NCBI GenBank assembly: GCA_905178155.1
Contig: CAJINV010000004.1
Span: 6,786,358-6,850,357, forward strand
Direction of reading: 5' to 3'
Source of the DNA: Amoebophrya sp. A120
Lineage: Eukaryota; Protista; Dinoflagellata
DNA: 64,000 bases
Position 1 is the stretch's first letter; every line of letters starts with the position of its first letter. The notes under the pieces were generated by a model. The model did not search any database. It saw nothing but the letters and a program-made list of their open reading frames with translations, and had not been told where the DNA came from. The translations under genes and the position numbers were made by a program. Of the stretch, positions 36,374 through 49,659 are shown piece by piece.

Positions 36374-39300
36374 ATGGTAGCCGACGCCACGCCGACCCTG
36401 CTTTCCCCGCAGCACGAGAAGTCTCCGCACCCCTGGGAGCGCGGTACCACGCCTACCATGGAGGAAGACGAAGACGACATCCGCCACGCACTTAGCGATG
36501 AGGAGGAGGAGGAGGAACAGACGCTGGAACAGGTCACGGACCGCTACTTTGAGTTCATTAACAGGTGCGGGGTGGTGGACTCGGAAATGAGCGGCATCTC
36601 GGCCACTGGAAAATACGACGAGTACAAAAAGTTCGCCAAGACCGCCGACATGGAGAAGTGCGTGTTTGTCCAGTGTGAAAAAAGAGGAACACTATTGACC
36701 GAGGGAGAAAAGAAAACGGCTTTTCAGTTGGACCAGCAGGAACAGGAAATTTTCACGGCCCAGAAACTGTCCTCCAACAACCGCTTATCTTCCAAACACA
36801 ACCCCCTCTTCGCCATCGTTGCCAGGTTGAGCTGCTTGACAAATAGTAAAACCAATCCCGACGGTGCAACATCTACAGCTTCTGTGAACAACAAGACCAC
36901 TTCAACTACAACCACGTCCGACACCACGACAGCAACGACCCCAAATACCTCCTTGCAGGAAACAAACGGAAGCGACCCGAAGTCCCGGGTGGAATCTTTG
37001 ATCAAGAAGTTGAACGAGCGCTTTTCCACCGAACCGGACAGCACCCACGCCTGCTTGCTATTGCAATGAAAAATGCCTCCACCCCGGAATGTGCACAAGT
37101 TTCTCATGCGAAGCTTCCAAATGAAAGCTGTTTGTCTTGCATTTATTAAGGACTGCGAGCCTCTCTGATGCAGAATCTAGGCACGCCAGGTATCCTCTGC
37201 ATAACAAACCATCATGCTGTTGGGCTCCTTCGCAACACAACTTCGAGCTATTCAGCATGGAAAATTTGTGATGCTGATACATAGAAGACGGGGAATGTTT
37301 CCATTGGAAAGGTTTGCATTACAAATGCTGCTGAGTAGTTCTGCGGTAGGAGCATTTTTCACTGTAATACTTGCGGGGCGTGATTCTCGACCCGGAGCTG
37401 CACGAAGCGTTTTTGCTAGCAAATGACGAGGAAACGAAGAAAACCTTTTACGACACGGTGCAGATGGTCAAGAACTACCAGTATGCATTACAAAAGTATG
37501 GCACTCGTAGTAAAAGTAATTGCCATCACGCATTACAAATCTCTTTCTTAACGTAAATCTACATTTACCAATTTCATCTGTAATGCTAGGCGAATTTGTC
37601 ACGCTTGCGTTTTCTACTAGTACGGTACTTTTGCAATGCATAGCCGACTGGTCTTCGAAATCTGTTTGAAGGAGGAAAATTTGGAAAAGGAGTTGCCGAA
37701 AGTGTTGGAATTGGTGGAAACGGTCAGTACGGAAATCGTGATTAAAATTGACTTATCTTCGAACAGTTTTATCACGGGATTGTCAGGGACAGTATCCACA
37801 GTAAAATTTTTCCCGTACACGTACAAATGCTGTTTCCGCATGACGAAACTTACCTTCAACCTTAGTCGGCATGACAAGTTGCTCACTCCAAGTTTGCAAA
37901 AAAAATTTGTCATGCATTTCGTACATGTGCGGAAATGAAAAATTGTATTGCATAAACTGGGACTACAACGACCACTACCGGCGCGACGTCGTCTTTCAAT
38001 CTGATCCAAGCGCTGACAGAGGCGGAGGCGAGATTGGAGCAGGAAGAAGTAGCCTCCGGAGTAGAGCAGCAGACCTATGCATTGCAAAAGTAACGTACTA
38101 GTATAAATTGCATTACAAATTTTGGCAAGAAGAAAAGTGGAATTTGTAATGCTGTTTTAATTTTGGAGAGAGATTTGTCATGCATATTTGCAATTAGAAC
38201 GAGCGCGATATTTTTGCACAGGATAAGACCGCGAGTACGACGATGACCCACGACCCGGTGGAGGTTTTGACCATTCTGGAGAAGATCGCCAAACACCGGC
38301 TATGAACTGCAAAAGTATCGTACTAGTGTAAATTGCATTACAAATTGACTTAGCATTACAAATAAGATCTGTGATGCGGATTTGCCATAACAAAAAGATT
38401 TGTAATGCATGCACGCAATCAGTACGAAACGAAAACGAATACGATACTTTTGCACAGGATACTGGCACGTGCACTGCAAGTTGCTCGGACACGAGGAGAA
38501 ATTGACCAAGGCGTGCTTGCGCTGGTTCGGCCCGGACCGCTGCATGTTCGCGACCAGTTGGAATGATGGCGAGGTAGTTTATTTGATCATGAGTGCTGAT
38601 TGTGAAGATTCTGCTCGTGCTCTGCTGGTGCTGCTTGCATCATGACACAACCAAGGCAGCTACTTTTAGTTGTATTGCTATTGGTATTGCATGAAAGTAC
38701 ACGAGCACGACGCAGTGGAACAAAATGCTTTCAGGTGACCCACAATCCCTCGCTGGACAAGATCAGCATCCAGATGAAGCGCGTCATTCAGGCCGTCGTG
38801 GAGTCGTATCTGGAGGAGCATGGTCTCCGCGACCGCCCGTCGTCACGCGAGAGCTGCTGGACCATGGGCTTTCCGCAGAACTGGTCCAGCGAGGACCAGT
38901 ATCGCAAGAAAAAAGTGTTACAGTTACACATTGTGTTGCAGGCCAAGCAAGACAGACAAGCTCTGTCATGCCGGATATGCATATGAGCCTCGTTTCGTAC
39001 GTGTTTTCCCGTAGGAATTCTGCATTACAAGTTTTCTCTCTCATGCAGAGAAATTTGCGTTGCTGAATTCCCTACAAATGTGTAACTGTAACACTTTTTT
39101 CGTGGGATAACCAGAAATTGGACCTGCGCACCCGGTATCCCATATGTGAGATCACGATGTTCACTCGCAATTTGCAACGGTGTCGTGCAGAGTCAGGGCC
39201 AAATTTGTACCTGGTTAACAGTACATGTACAACCTTGTTCCGAAAAAGAATAATTGATTCTTTAGGCCTAGGCATTCGCACAATTGCAAAAAAAGCAACT

Positions 39301-39394
39301 TAATACCGGTGAGTATCGTGATCTTGCACGGGATACGTGGATTACCCTGGAGAAAATCTTCCGAAAAAATGCGGAGCGGAAGTATATCATGTAG
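36374..39394 (+). CDS. Amidohydrolase_2 (LigI/fuconolactonase-like) TIM-barrel protein, divergent
   Basis: After removing 7 introners and GT-AG intron 38574-38734: KCVFVQC, LRGV, LVFEIC, IAKHRHVHCKLLG, WFGPDRCMFATSW, EKIFRKNAERKY. Confidence 0.7.
37059..37369. mobile_element. Introner-like element (TATT.CA.TGAAAAATGC TIR)
   Basis: Direct repeat CTTGC; removal gives ACL-RGVIL. Confidence 0.9.
37482..37642. mobile_element. Introner-like element, family B, GT-AG compatible
   Basis: TIR present, no 5-bp repeat; GT(37481)-AG(37643) splicing is in frame. Confidence 0.8.
37791..37958. mobile_element. Degenerate introner-like element
   Basis: Direct repeat GGGAC; internal GCATGAC/TTGTCATGC motifs; removal in frame. 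Confidence 0.7.
38076..38225. mobile_element. Introner-like element, family B
   Basis: Direct repeat AGACC. Confidence 0.9.
38301..38461. mobile_element. Introner-like element, family B
   Basis: Repeat CCGGC/CTGGC; removal gives KHR-HVHCK. Confidence 0.85.
38900..39109. mobile_element. Introner-like element (GAAAAAAGTGTTACAGTTACACA TIR)
   Basis: Direct repeat ACCAG; ~31-bp TIR. Confidence 0.9.
39136..39335. mobile_element. Introner-like element (AGATCACGAT TIR)
   Basis: TIR; degenerate repeat CCCGG/CGTGG; removal gives ITLEKIFRKNA in frame. Confidence 0.8.
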
Positions 39395-42300
39395 AGGATA
39401 TTTTCAGCGGCTTGAGCTTGATTTTATCAAGAGCCGGGGAGGTCGTTTGGAGCTGGCACAAGTGGCTATTGACGACCACTAGTGCTACGTAGAGATCAAG
39501 TCCACTTTAAGTTTTTTGTTTAGCTGAACATTTTCTGTTCGCTGATCGATTTGTGTTTTTCTATATTTCTTTTTCTTTTTTGCCAAGCGACTTCGACAGC
39601 ACACGACACCGAAAAGCGACTGAGCTATTTCGACATTTCACAAAAACAAATACAAAAACTATATGACGGTGCTCCGCCTGCGCCTGGAGGTGTTATAAAA
39701 AACAAAGAAGCAATAGCAATGTAACTTCGTTTATACGTTCCACTATTTTCAGAATTGCTTCGGCATCTTTGTTTCAATTTTTTCAAAGCTAGTGCTAGCG
39801 GTGAACTAAATATGACTGCATTATCAAATACTAAAGCACAGGAATCTGTTTTACGATTTCTTCTGTAAGCGCTAGCAGCAACCAGCATACCGTCCGGCGG
39901 CCCTCCTATTGACGTACGGATTTATATTCTTTCGAAGCACCGACGAAAGCAAATTCTTGCGTATATATTAGCTGAATACAACTCTTTTTTATCTTTTCTT
40001 CTTTCTAGTGGCCGCTAGCGCTACTCCCAAACAACTTTTTAGTGGCAAAATAAAAAAGTGCGACATTATCTCCTGTAAGTATTATCCATTGGGAAGATAA
40101 AGTTATTTTTTTATAATCATGTTTCGCGGGTGGAACACGGCGAACTGTGTGTCCGACTTATTGTCTTTTCTTGTAAAAATCACTTCTTGTTTTTTACATG
40201 TACAGCGACCAACTACAAGGTTCCCTCCTAGTGGGGGGATCTGTCATGCCACTCGCGTCAAACACAAACACCAACCCTGAACCCCCTGCAATTGCTCAAA
40301 GCTTAATATAGCAGACGCATTTTTGCAAGAACATTCAACGATTACCCGGCCGCTCCTAGTACTACACACGGTTAGAAGTGGTCTGCGTCTGATCGATCTT
40401 TGAGGAATACGAGAAGCATGCAAAGCTGAAGCTTTTGGATTTTGCATAGGTTTAGGTGGTGGTCGTGAAAAGGGCCGAAGTTGTAGAGATTTATGGAAAC
40501 AAATCAAGATAGTGAAAATAAGTAAGCAAATCAAGAATAGTGATGTCCTGGTCGTTGTCACCTTTCATCCTTTGTCTGCCAACATGCTCGTCAGGACTCT
40601 TTCGCAGAATAATATCCCGAGGATCATATAGCGATACTTTCTCTTTTTTTCAAGAAAAGAAGAGCAAGATGAAAGGCGGCTCAAGACTCGTCCTGAATAA
40701 TAGACTTTGTTCAGACAAATTTTGCCTACAAAATACAGATATGGAAATGCTATAGACGAATGCCAAACACAAATTGCGTTGCAAGGTTTCGGATATGGTA
40801 AGGTTTCAGCAATTTTTGCACCTCGTTTTCATCATTCCTTCGTATAGAATTTGGCGTTTCGAAATCTCATCCTTACCCTTACCACTATGCGCGCTTGTGG
40901 TAGCAGCACCTACTGCGAATAAACCAAACCCTGCTTCAAGCTGGTAACCAGAATAAATTCAGCAACGTCAAGCTTGTGGTAGAAACTCAGCCTATCAACA
41001 TCAAGGTAAGACGTAGTGGTAGTGCTTACCGATGAAGTGGCCGCAGGCGGTAGTTCCTACAGCACAAGTGCTATTGCAAAGCGTGATTTTTAGAAGAGAC
41101 AATATAGAACTTTCAGGGCGAAAAGTATTTTTCAGCTGAATTGTTGATGTAGTCTTTATGCATCCAATCGACACCGTTGCTCTCGGATTTTTTTTTGTTT
41201 TGGATGTGTGAAATGGTTTTATGATAATGATGTGTGTCAATGTCTATCAGATAATGTTAATGATCTTCTCGAGTTTGTTGCAGCAGTCTTGTGGCAGCTC
41301 AACATCCATCGTTCTCCATAACTTTAACTACGTTTGACTTGTTCTCATCAAGAACTCGTTTCCTGTTTCTCATTTACTCTTCTGCTATTGCCCAGCCACA
41401 GTTTCAGTTCCGTTGCCCAGTAACAGTACCAATTTTCATGCCCCTTCCGCTTTTTTTAGGCATGATTCTTTCTGCTGCTTTCTAATTTGGAACCACGCGA
41501 CTGTCACTTTTAACCAGTACAACTTGCGCTCTTTCTTCATCTGCTGCTGACGACAAGGCCTCAGAATGAATCTGCCTTTTATTTTTTCACACGACGACCC
41601 CGACGTGCGCAGGAGCACCCCGATCTTCACCGCCCTGCCTGAGCAACAGCGTTACAGCCTTTATTTGTCTGCAGTCATAGTCTACATGAGTAGATGGCAT
41701 CAACTAGGACAACAAGGCCTTCCCCGTCCTGTGGCAAAAACAATCCCAGCTATACCTTTATTCACCCGAGAGAAGAAGTAGTTGTGCTGCAAGAACTCTT
41801 TGATTTTTGCAACTACTTTTTTTTAGTCAACCTCATACGTACCTTTTTTTTCCACCACAAAAGCGACAGACCGAAAGACATTCCTTCCCTGCTGTTGAGA
41901 CTTCTATAATTCTACCAAATATTAAACCCGCTCCTTCGCCTTCAGTGGTCGGCCACGAATACAAAAATCGCAGCTATGATTTTTTACGCTGTCGTCCTCC
42001 TGCTGCCCAGAACCTCCTACCTTCTACCAACATTTTTTTCGATGAAAATAGTATGAACTGCTTGCCACCGAAGGGAAAATGAATCGCAATTATTTTCCGC
42101 AAGCATGCCCATACTATGGTGAAGACCTTGACACCTGTTTATTGGACTACTACGAAGTTTCATCCGGAAAAACAAAAAATGATGCTAGTATTGTTATTCC
42201 TCCCGCTGGTCTAAGAGTACTATCGGACGCCGCGAACATCATGGAGCAGGTCCAGCAGGCGCTCGCGGAGTACTACAACTGGCGATGCCGCTATTTGTTC

Positions 42301-42857
42301 CGACCGAGTTTTTCTTGACTTCGATCAGAAGATCTCCATTTAGAAAAACAAGGTCGTTTCGCTTCGTCCAGCTGTTTTTTTTTTCCAGCTGCACTGGATA
42401 ATGATCGATGATCCCACATGGAGGTTAGTCGTCGTGTTTTTGCATTCGGTGGCAACTTCGAAAATAAATGCGGTTTTTTGTTGAAACTATACTGCTTGGT
42501 TGTGGTCGTACCAGTTTTCTACTTTATTCTAAGTACTACTGTCGTTCTTCACTGCTGGTGATCTGTACGCGGATTCATTTACGATTGGGACGGGTCTCGT
42601 CTTCGTGGTCCTGTTCCAAGGAGCTGCTTGCTTACTTGTGGATGCTGCTACCCCTTCATCTATGCTGGAATAAAAAAAGAGAATTTGTTTATCATGTTCC
42701 CGCATCATTAGGAGCAAAAGTCATGAGAAATAAAATGAAAGCAAGTCGTCGACGTTCTTGCGGTCCTCCAGGAAGCTGTGCTGGTAGGTGGGCCCTGCTG
42801 AGAAGAAGAACAGCACGTCCTGCAGCATTACAGTCACCTGCCACGCCGCGCCGAACA

Positions 42858-45800
42858 ATGTTGAACTACAGTGGCTCTTTCTGGTGCACGGGAAGACGAG
42901 GAGTTGCAGCTTGCCTTCATGGTTCTCCCGCAACTACGCTGCTCCATGTAGTTGTATCACTGCTAGCTACGCTGATCCCCTTTTCTGTGCTGGTAAGCTA
43001 CCTTGAAGATGTTCTCCACGACCCCACGACAATATCTTCACAACCTTTCCCCCTCCTGCAGCTTGTTCACGCCCAAGAGGTCCCTTGGTTCGTGGACTAC
43101 GATTGCCGACAGAAGACGCACAAGAAGAGCGTTGCGAAGGGCTTGGTGTGGTCGTATCCTAAGTAAAAACTTTCCCACACCAATGTCAAGATGAGAAATC
43201 TGCTACACAAATCCCTAATGCTTTGGCTGTCGCGCATGACAAAGGTGGGCCCGCAATGTAGTCGCGTTTAGCTAGTGCAGCAGCATCACAGACCCAGTTT
43301 GTCATGCTGATTCGAGCATGACCACTCTCCAATCACCACTAGAAAACGCCTCTCATGGGTCTCCGCATGAGAAACATTCTAAGCATGCAGATTTGCATTA
43401 CAACTCTGGGGTGGGGACGTTTTTACACAGGAAAGGTCGGACTGGATCGGGGTGATCGACAAAGTGACGCGGGAGGGCATGGGACTGTACGTGGATTATC
43501 CTGTGCAAAAGTTGTATCGCACTCGTACTGATCGCAGTCATGCATTACAAATCTCGTTCCCAAGGTTAATCAGCATGAAAAATTCCACTTGTCATGCTGA
43601 GGCAATTTGTCATGCAATTACTACTAGTACGATACTTCTGCAATGCATATGGACGTTCTTACGTCGATTTCCGCGCCATTCATCAACACCATCGACGCTG
43701 CCTTGGACAGTAATTGGGACTTGCGATTTCCTCTAGGAGACGAGTGCGCGCTGGGAATGCTGTTCTACTACAGCATAAGACTGCACTGGTGCTTGACGCA
43801 GGTCAGGGACGCGCATGGCGGAGCGAATTCGGGAGTCGAGCAAGTTTTGGACCAGATAGCTGCTGGCTCGTCAGACGATTCCGACGTGACTGGCGAGGGG
43901 CAGCAGGCACTGCTTTCAAGGTGCTGGTCTTTTGGGCTTTTTCTAATGTTCTAGCTGTAGCTGTACGCACTGAAATATGTTACAACGCACTCACACTCAG
44001 CTCTTTGAAATTTCGGATAGTGTATTGAAATGGAAAGCGTTGTACTGAGGAATCTTCGAGTTCGTATTTCGTTTTGTTTTGCGCCCCCGCTACCCTTTTT
44101 CTCCCACTCACTACTCCACCTCTCCTTCCTCACGACAGACAGGCGTGAAGCGGAAGAGCGGCACTGCTGGGTGATGTCAGACGCCGAGGGCCAAATGATC
44201 GAAATGTACGCGCGATGGCCGATGCGGGTTGTGCTCGCGTCCAAATGGCCGTTTGTGCTTTTCCTCATGCACGACGAAATCATCCGCAACGCGTCCATCG
44301 CTCGGTTTTGGCGCCAGGACGACTACATCAACTGCAAGGGGTTTACGAATTCCCTGGATCCCGAAGTTGCTGAACGGCACCGGGCGGCCCTGGCGAAAAA
44401 CCCCCTCCGGTCGAAGACGTTCTACTTGGAATATGACAGTGCACATGATCCCCCTCATTTGTATAGCATGAACGGCAATACAAGCATCAGCAAGAGTCCC
44501 AGTTTTGCATGACAAATTTGAACTGGATTGTGGTTCTATTTCGGCTACCAGAAGTTGTCATGCAAAGAGTGCCGAGAGTCATATAGGTGGATTGGGTATT
44601 TTGCATGACAAATGAGGGAAGGGCTGTGCCCCGTCATATGGAATCCAGGCAGTACACGAACACCACCGGGAACTTTTCCTCACTACTTGACTATTTTTAC
44701 GACCATCGGAGAAACGAACCCATCCCATTGTCCGACGTGGACTGGCACGACGGGGTGTACAAATTCATCTACCAAAAGGACTCCGATACGGATATTGAGT
44801 CCTGCCCGCACGCGTTTTCCTTTCTAATCCTACTCCGGATGCAGATGTGCATGCTGACGGAATCCGCGTATTTCGTCGAGCGGGAATACAATTACGCGAT
44901 TATGCTGCGAAGGCTGGAAATGGGAGACCTGATCTTCAGCAAGTGGCCGCACTTTACGATGTTGTGGTCGTTGAAGGGAACCGTGCGGCATATGGCGTTC
45001 TCAAACGGTGCATTCTCAACTGTTGCATGAATTTGTGATGCAAGAGCCGCAACAGTCAAAGGTGCAAGCTTGCTGCTTTTGCATCACAGACTTGGCATGG
45101 TTTTAGATGCTGTTTAGCCCTCCGGAGATTTGTCATGCGAAGCAGCTTGATCCTCTACCGGCTCAAGGTAGTTTTGCATGACAAATTCATGCAACAGCTC
45201 AGAATGTAACGTTTGAGAACGCCATACGGCACGATTTTTTGTTGGGCCTGCATCTCCACGAGTTGTTGGACTCCAGGAGCTATGAAATGCAAAAGCATCG
45301 TACGTAGTTGTAGTATAAATTGCATTACAAATTGACTTGGCACTACAAATTGACCTTGTAATGCGGATTTCACCTAAGAAAAAGATTTGTCATGCATAAA
45401 TCCGATTACTACGAGTACGATACTTTTGCATTTCATAGGAGCTTCGTCCAAGAAGTGTCCATGCAGAATCTGATCGCGGAATTGAACGCAAAAGCAGTGC
45501 CGGTGGACGGAGATATTTTGCTGGAAAAAAGTTTGGTAAACAGGAAAAAAACGGTAAGGGCATTCACTAGTAGTGAAAAAATCATCGCAGAAGTAGAAAA
45601 AGCGAAAGACGAAAAGGAGAAAACTGACCGCTGTTGTGCAGGGGATGCAGGGGCGGTGCAGTTCTTATCGGACCAGTTTTTGGAGGCTCCGGTCATGGAG
45701 CGGGGGATAGTGGTGCGTGAAGATGATCATGGGAAGGAGCCGAGTACAGCTTCTACAGGTGTCGCCAATACTGCGTTCTCCTCTCCCCCGGAACAAAATG

Positions 45801-48166
45801 AGGTCGCAGCTCTATCTGCTCTCATCCCTCTCGGAGCTCCACCTGCTACAGAAACTGACGACCCAGCACATAGCACCATGAAAATAATAAATCAGCCAGA
45901 AGAACAACTGACGATCCGGCAGAAGCTTTGGGGCGGGGAATTCCCACTGGCTGATTCCCTGCGCTACTTGTCACAACGAGGCTCGGAGCTTCACCGGGCG
46001 GTTTTCTCGAGTTTGATGAAACTGCCGGACGTTTGGTGGGATGGAAACAGAAAGAACGAGTTTGTGACAACTTACAACAAAAAACTGAACTTAAATCTCG
46101 ACGTCGCAGATTTACCGAGAATCGGGTTCGCCTACACGGTAATGGTTTGGGGCGAGAAATTTAGCCGGTATTTGAAGATATCGACTGCAAAAATGTCTGG
46201 GTCTGGAAGAATGCCAGAGTTGTCATGCAGGTTTTCCATGACCCATGAGGTCTGGTATGAAGGACATAGCATGACAGATTCTGTGAGATATCTATCATCA
46301 TTATGCCTATCCTGCATGAGAAACTGCCTCTCGAACTCGATTAGGTCAAAAGTGGACAGCTTTTTGTAATCATGCAACACAGATTTTTTTACATGATTCG
46401 GATTTAGCATGACGAGTTGCTTTGTTCCAGACCCAGACACTTTTGCATTTGATAGAAGAATTTCATGCTCCGGTTCAAACAGACCGTCCAGAAGAACAAC
46501 CTGTATCAAAGGGAAAAATCCCCCCGCCCCATATCGAAATGGAAATCTGTGATGCGGGATTTGTGTACACAAATCGGCCCTGTATTGCGGGAAGGCATCG
46601 CGGCCAGATCCCCAGGCTATGCAGGGGCGTATCGGTCTAGTTGTTCAGCATGGCAAACGGCTCCGCTTTAGGCCTAACAGCATGACAAATCGCCTCCATA
46701 ATGGGGGCGAAGCTTTTGCCCTTGTCTTCTTGCAAGACAGACGTGATTTGTGACCTCAAATCAGCAACACAAATTTTCGGAAACATGCCTTTTCGATATG
46801 GGGAGGGGGGATTTTTCCTCACAATAACCTGCTCGTCTTCGCGATGGACAAGACCGCGTTTCACGAGTGCAAAAAGGCCTACAAAACCATCTGGCTCGCG
46901 GAAGAGAGGGTGAATCCAGGGATTCCGGTGTACCGACGGAAAAGGAAAGAGGGGGAGGAGGACGAGGAGGAATCCTCGAGGGCCCCACCTCTGTCTGAGG
47001 AAGAAGAGACCAGTTCTATCGATGCTCCGGCGTGCGTTTACGGCGAGGCGCGCACGATCGTTTCGAAGTTCACCATACCATTGCTACTGGCGAAGTACGG
47101 AATTGACAGCCTCTGGATCGATTTCGACGTGTATTTTGTCCAGGACCCGACGCCACATTTGTTCGAATCCGCGAAATCCTTGAGGCCCATGAATAAAAAC
47201 GGAGTAGTATCCAAGAAAAAAACATTGTAGGTGTAACTTTTTTCGAGGAACAGCATTACAAATTTTCTGGCATGACAGCAAAAACCTGTCATGCGCAGAT
47301 GGTACGTGAAAGCGGCCTGTAATGGACCCTAAGATGCATGCCAAGCATGACAGACACAATCATCTTGCATATTGCGCATCACAAATTTACACTAACAGCG
47401 TTTTTTTCTTGCATAAGTAGCTGACGACCCAGTGCCACGGATAGAAAGTATCGAGGCGCCGGCCAAGGCGGAAGGTGAAAAAACAGAAGTAGAATCGAGA
47501 ACTATCAAACCACAACCGCTTGAAATCCTTATCACCGGGTCTTTCGCCTCTCACTGCATCTGCAACGGCGTCGTCTACTTCCGCGCGACCGATGCGGTCA
47601 TTGCGTGGCTCATCGACGTCATCAGTTGGATGTATTCGCACCCCTACGAGCACGACCAGAAATGCTTCGCGCACTGGCTAGACCACACAGAACGAGTAAC
47701 TTTTCGACCCTTGCCAAGAAGCACGAAAGTGCCGCAATGGGCGTTACTCGACTCCGTGCAGAAATTCGTCACGGCGGCGGTCGTAGAAGGGAACGGGTGG
47801 ATGGGGAAAATCGAGAACATCGTTCTGTTTCACTGGCTACACGGCGACAGCGACGGCGCGGGAACGAGTGGGGAGTGGCTGCGGAACAGCGATTTTTACA
47901 AGAATTACCTCGCGCAGTTGGGTGGAGGTGGAGAGAATGATGAACAAGGGAGGAAAGATATCACAATGATGGACATCTTCTTCGGAGATCAAGATTCGAA
48001 AATCGCGTCAGAAACGATGAAAACGAAGGCGCTGCAGGCGTCAGAGCAGTTTGAGCGGAAAATGCTGCTGACGGAAACGCAACACTGCGGGGTTATGGCG
48101 GAACTGGTGTCGGAGCACGTGGAATTGCAAGAAAATTTGGCAGATAAGGACAAGTTGATTCTCTGA
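42858..48166 (+). CDS. Type II membrane glycosyltransferase, nucleotide-diphospho-sugar transferase (GT77/PF03407-like)
   Basis: N-terminal anchor LLHVVVSLLATLIPFSVLV. After removing 8 introners and intron 43921-44142: NLLVFAMD, KFTIPLLLAKYGIDSLWIDFDVYFVQDP (DxD), NGVVYFRAT, HDQKCF. Start could be 42723. Confidence 0.8.
43155..43434. mobile_element. Introner-like element, family C (opposite orientation to 6866-7150)
   Basis: Direct repeat GGTCG. Confidence 0.9.
43497..43649. mobile_element. Introner-like element, family B
   Basis: Repeat TGGAT/TGGAC; highly similar to 52814-52963. Confidence 0.9.
44432..44638. mobile_element. Introner-like element (TATGAC..GCACA TIR)
   Basis: Direct repeat TGGAA; removal gives YLE-SRQY. 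Confidence 0.85.
44991..45226. mobile_element. Introner-like element (TATGGCGTTCTCAAACG, ~50-bp TIR)
   Basis: Direct repeat CGGCA. Confidence 0.9.
45281..45437. mobile_element. Introner-like element, family B
   Basis: Direct repeat GGAGC. Confidence 0.9.
46179..46454. mobile_element. Introner-like element, family A
   Basis: Direct repeat GAAGA; removal gives YLK-NFML. Confidence 0.9.
46504..46826. mobile_element. Introner-like element, family D (GAAAAATCCCCC.CCCCATATC)
   Basis: Direct repeat ACCTG. Confidence 0.9.
47208..47415. mobile_element. Introner-like element (CAAGAAAAAAAC TIR)
   Basis: Direct repeat AGTAG. Confidence 0.85.
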
Positions 48167-48702
48167 TTGAGCAAAGAAAGCCGAAAGCCATTATTTCCAT
48201 TGATTGCGATTCGAAGCTCGTACTGGTGCGTCTACTGTCAGCATCATACCACAGATGATTATCGAGGGAAGACAGACTCAGCGTCAACGGGATTTCCCGG
48301 GAAGCAGCGGACGAGGCTCGTCCAGCACAAACGCAGCTGGAGCTGTGCGCCGTGCGAGGTCAGGATAGAACAATCGTTTTGTTATCTGTTCTGGACGAGA
48401 GTCTCTCTGAGTTCACTTGCTTCGAGCGATGGAAGCAGGAACCGGCTTGTTGGAATTCGAGTGAAAGAAGCAGCACGGACCTTTTGGAAAGAAATGTAGC
48501 GTGGAACTGTACAGCGCAAGTGGATCATACCAAGAGCGCAATTCGAATTCCGTTTTCCGAATGCGCGCCCGCACTTTTATATGTTGTAGTTCTAGTTTTA
48601 TTTCTCCCTTTTTCTCTACATTCACACTGGTGACTTGGAGTGAGTTACGAATTGATCATTCACTTAACAGGAAAAAAAATGTCGTAGTTTCAAGCATACT
48701 CC

Positions 48703-48811
48703 TATCCAGGAAAAAACACCCATCTCCATCCAATTTGTCATGCAAAACATACATAATTTCCAGCGTTTGCCATGCAAAACATGGATGGGGATGGGTGTTT
48801 TTTCCTGGATA
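48703..48811. mobile_element. Miniature TIR element outside coding sequence
   Basis: 109 bp; ~30-bp TIR TATCCAGGAAAAAACACCCATC.CCATCCA; internal TTTGTCATGC; no clean flanking repeat. Confidence 0.8.
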
Positions 48812-48873
48812 ATTTCGGTCGGCACGCGACCCGTAGGCGAAGTGTCGACCGTAGGTGGGTAACTGCGGCCAGC

Positions 48874-49659
48874 ATGGTGCGCTTGCTGAAGAGCAGGGCC
48901 GCGCGTTGTACCATGCGGAGGTCCTGCTCCCGCTTTCTTCCGATCTGTCTCGCACTTTTTGCGGCTCTTTTCGCACCGGACCACTTCTGTATCATCGCGG
49001 TCAAAATGAGAACAATTAGCGGCACCAAAACAGAGGATACCGCCCAGAACGCCATGCCTCGGACCGAGATGGCGGAAAAGCTGAATCTCTTCGAGCAGCA
49101 AACGAAGCGAATCGGTCAAGCCATCACGCAGATGCAGAGCCGGGTTTCCACACTGCAACACTCCGCCGACCAGACAATTTCGAATATCCGCTCCATTGAA
49201 ACGGATATCCAGAAGCGGAACGCCACGGCCCTGGCTGTGGCCACCATTCTGCAAAACTCCACAACCAAGAACTTTACGCTGAGTAAGCTGTTACTCCAGC
49301 AAAAAACGAACGTGACCGCGGTGAGTGAGACCCGCGAGCAAAACATCCAACCGATTAGCGTGAAGAAGACGCAGTTCCAGGACTTTCAACTCCAAGTGGG
49401 CGATGCGCAGGCGAGCGTCGACCGGATCCGGCCCGTGATGGAGAAAACAAGAAAGATGGTTTCGGACTTGGAATTCGCAACGAGGAACTGGACGCAGCTT
49501 GTGTTGCAGAGCGTGCACCGGAATTTGGACGCGCATTTGATGGACGAGAGCGACATCCATCGGCGGAATTTGAAGACCAGCACGGGGATTCACGTGTTCG
49601 GGCGGGCAGGAAGTGAAGGGAGTGCTGGAAGTGGTGGTGGGAGCGGTTCAACGCGTTGA
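48874..49659 (+). CDS. Secreted/membrane coiled-coil hypothetical protein, intronless
   Basis: Hydrophobic FLPICLALFAALFA followed by a heptad-rich Q/T/K region; start may be 48913. Confidence 0.6.
   Translation: MVRLLKSRAARCTMRRSCSRFLPICLALFAALFAPDHFCIIAVKMRTISGTKTEDTAQNAMPRTEMAEKLNLFEQQTKRIGQAITQMQSRVSTLQHSADQTISNIRSIETDIQKRNATALAVATILQNSTTKNFTLSKLLLQQKTNVTAVSETREQNIQPISVKKTQFQDFQLQVGDAQASVDRIRPVMEKTRKMVSDLEFATRNWTQLVLQSVHRNLDAHLMDESDIHRRNLKTSTGIHVFGRAGSEGSAGSGGGSGSTR

Noticed and set aside
41566-42318. Short coding-looking fragments (also 8417-8530 and 11136-11324)
   Set aside because: Could not be assembled into a supported gene model; no motifs
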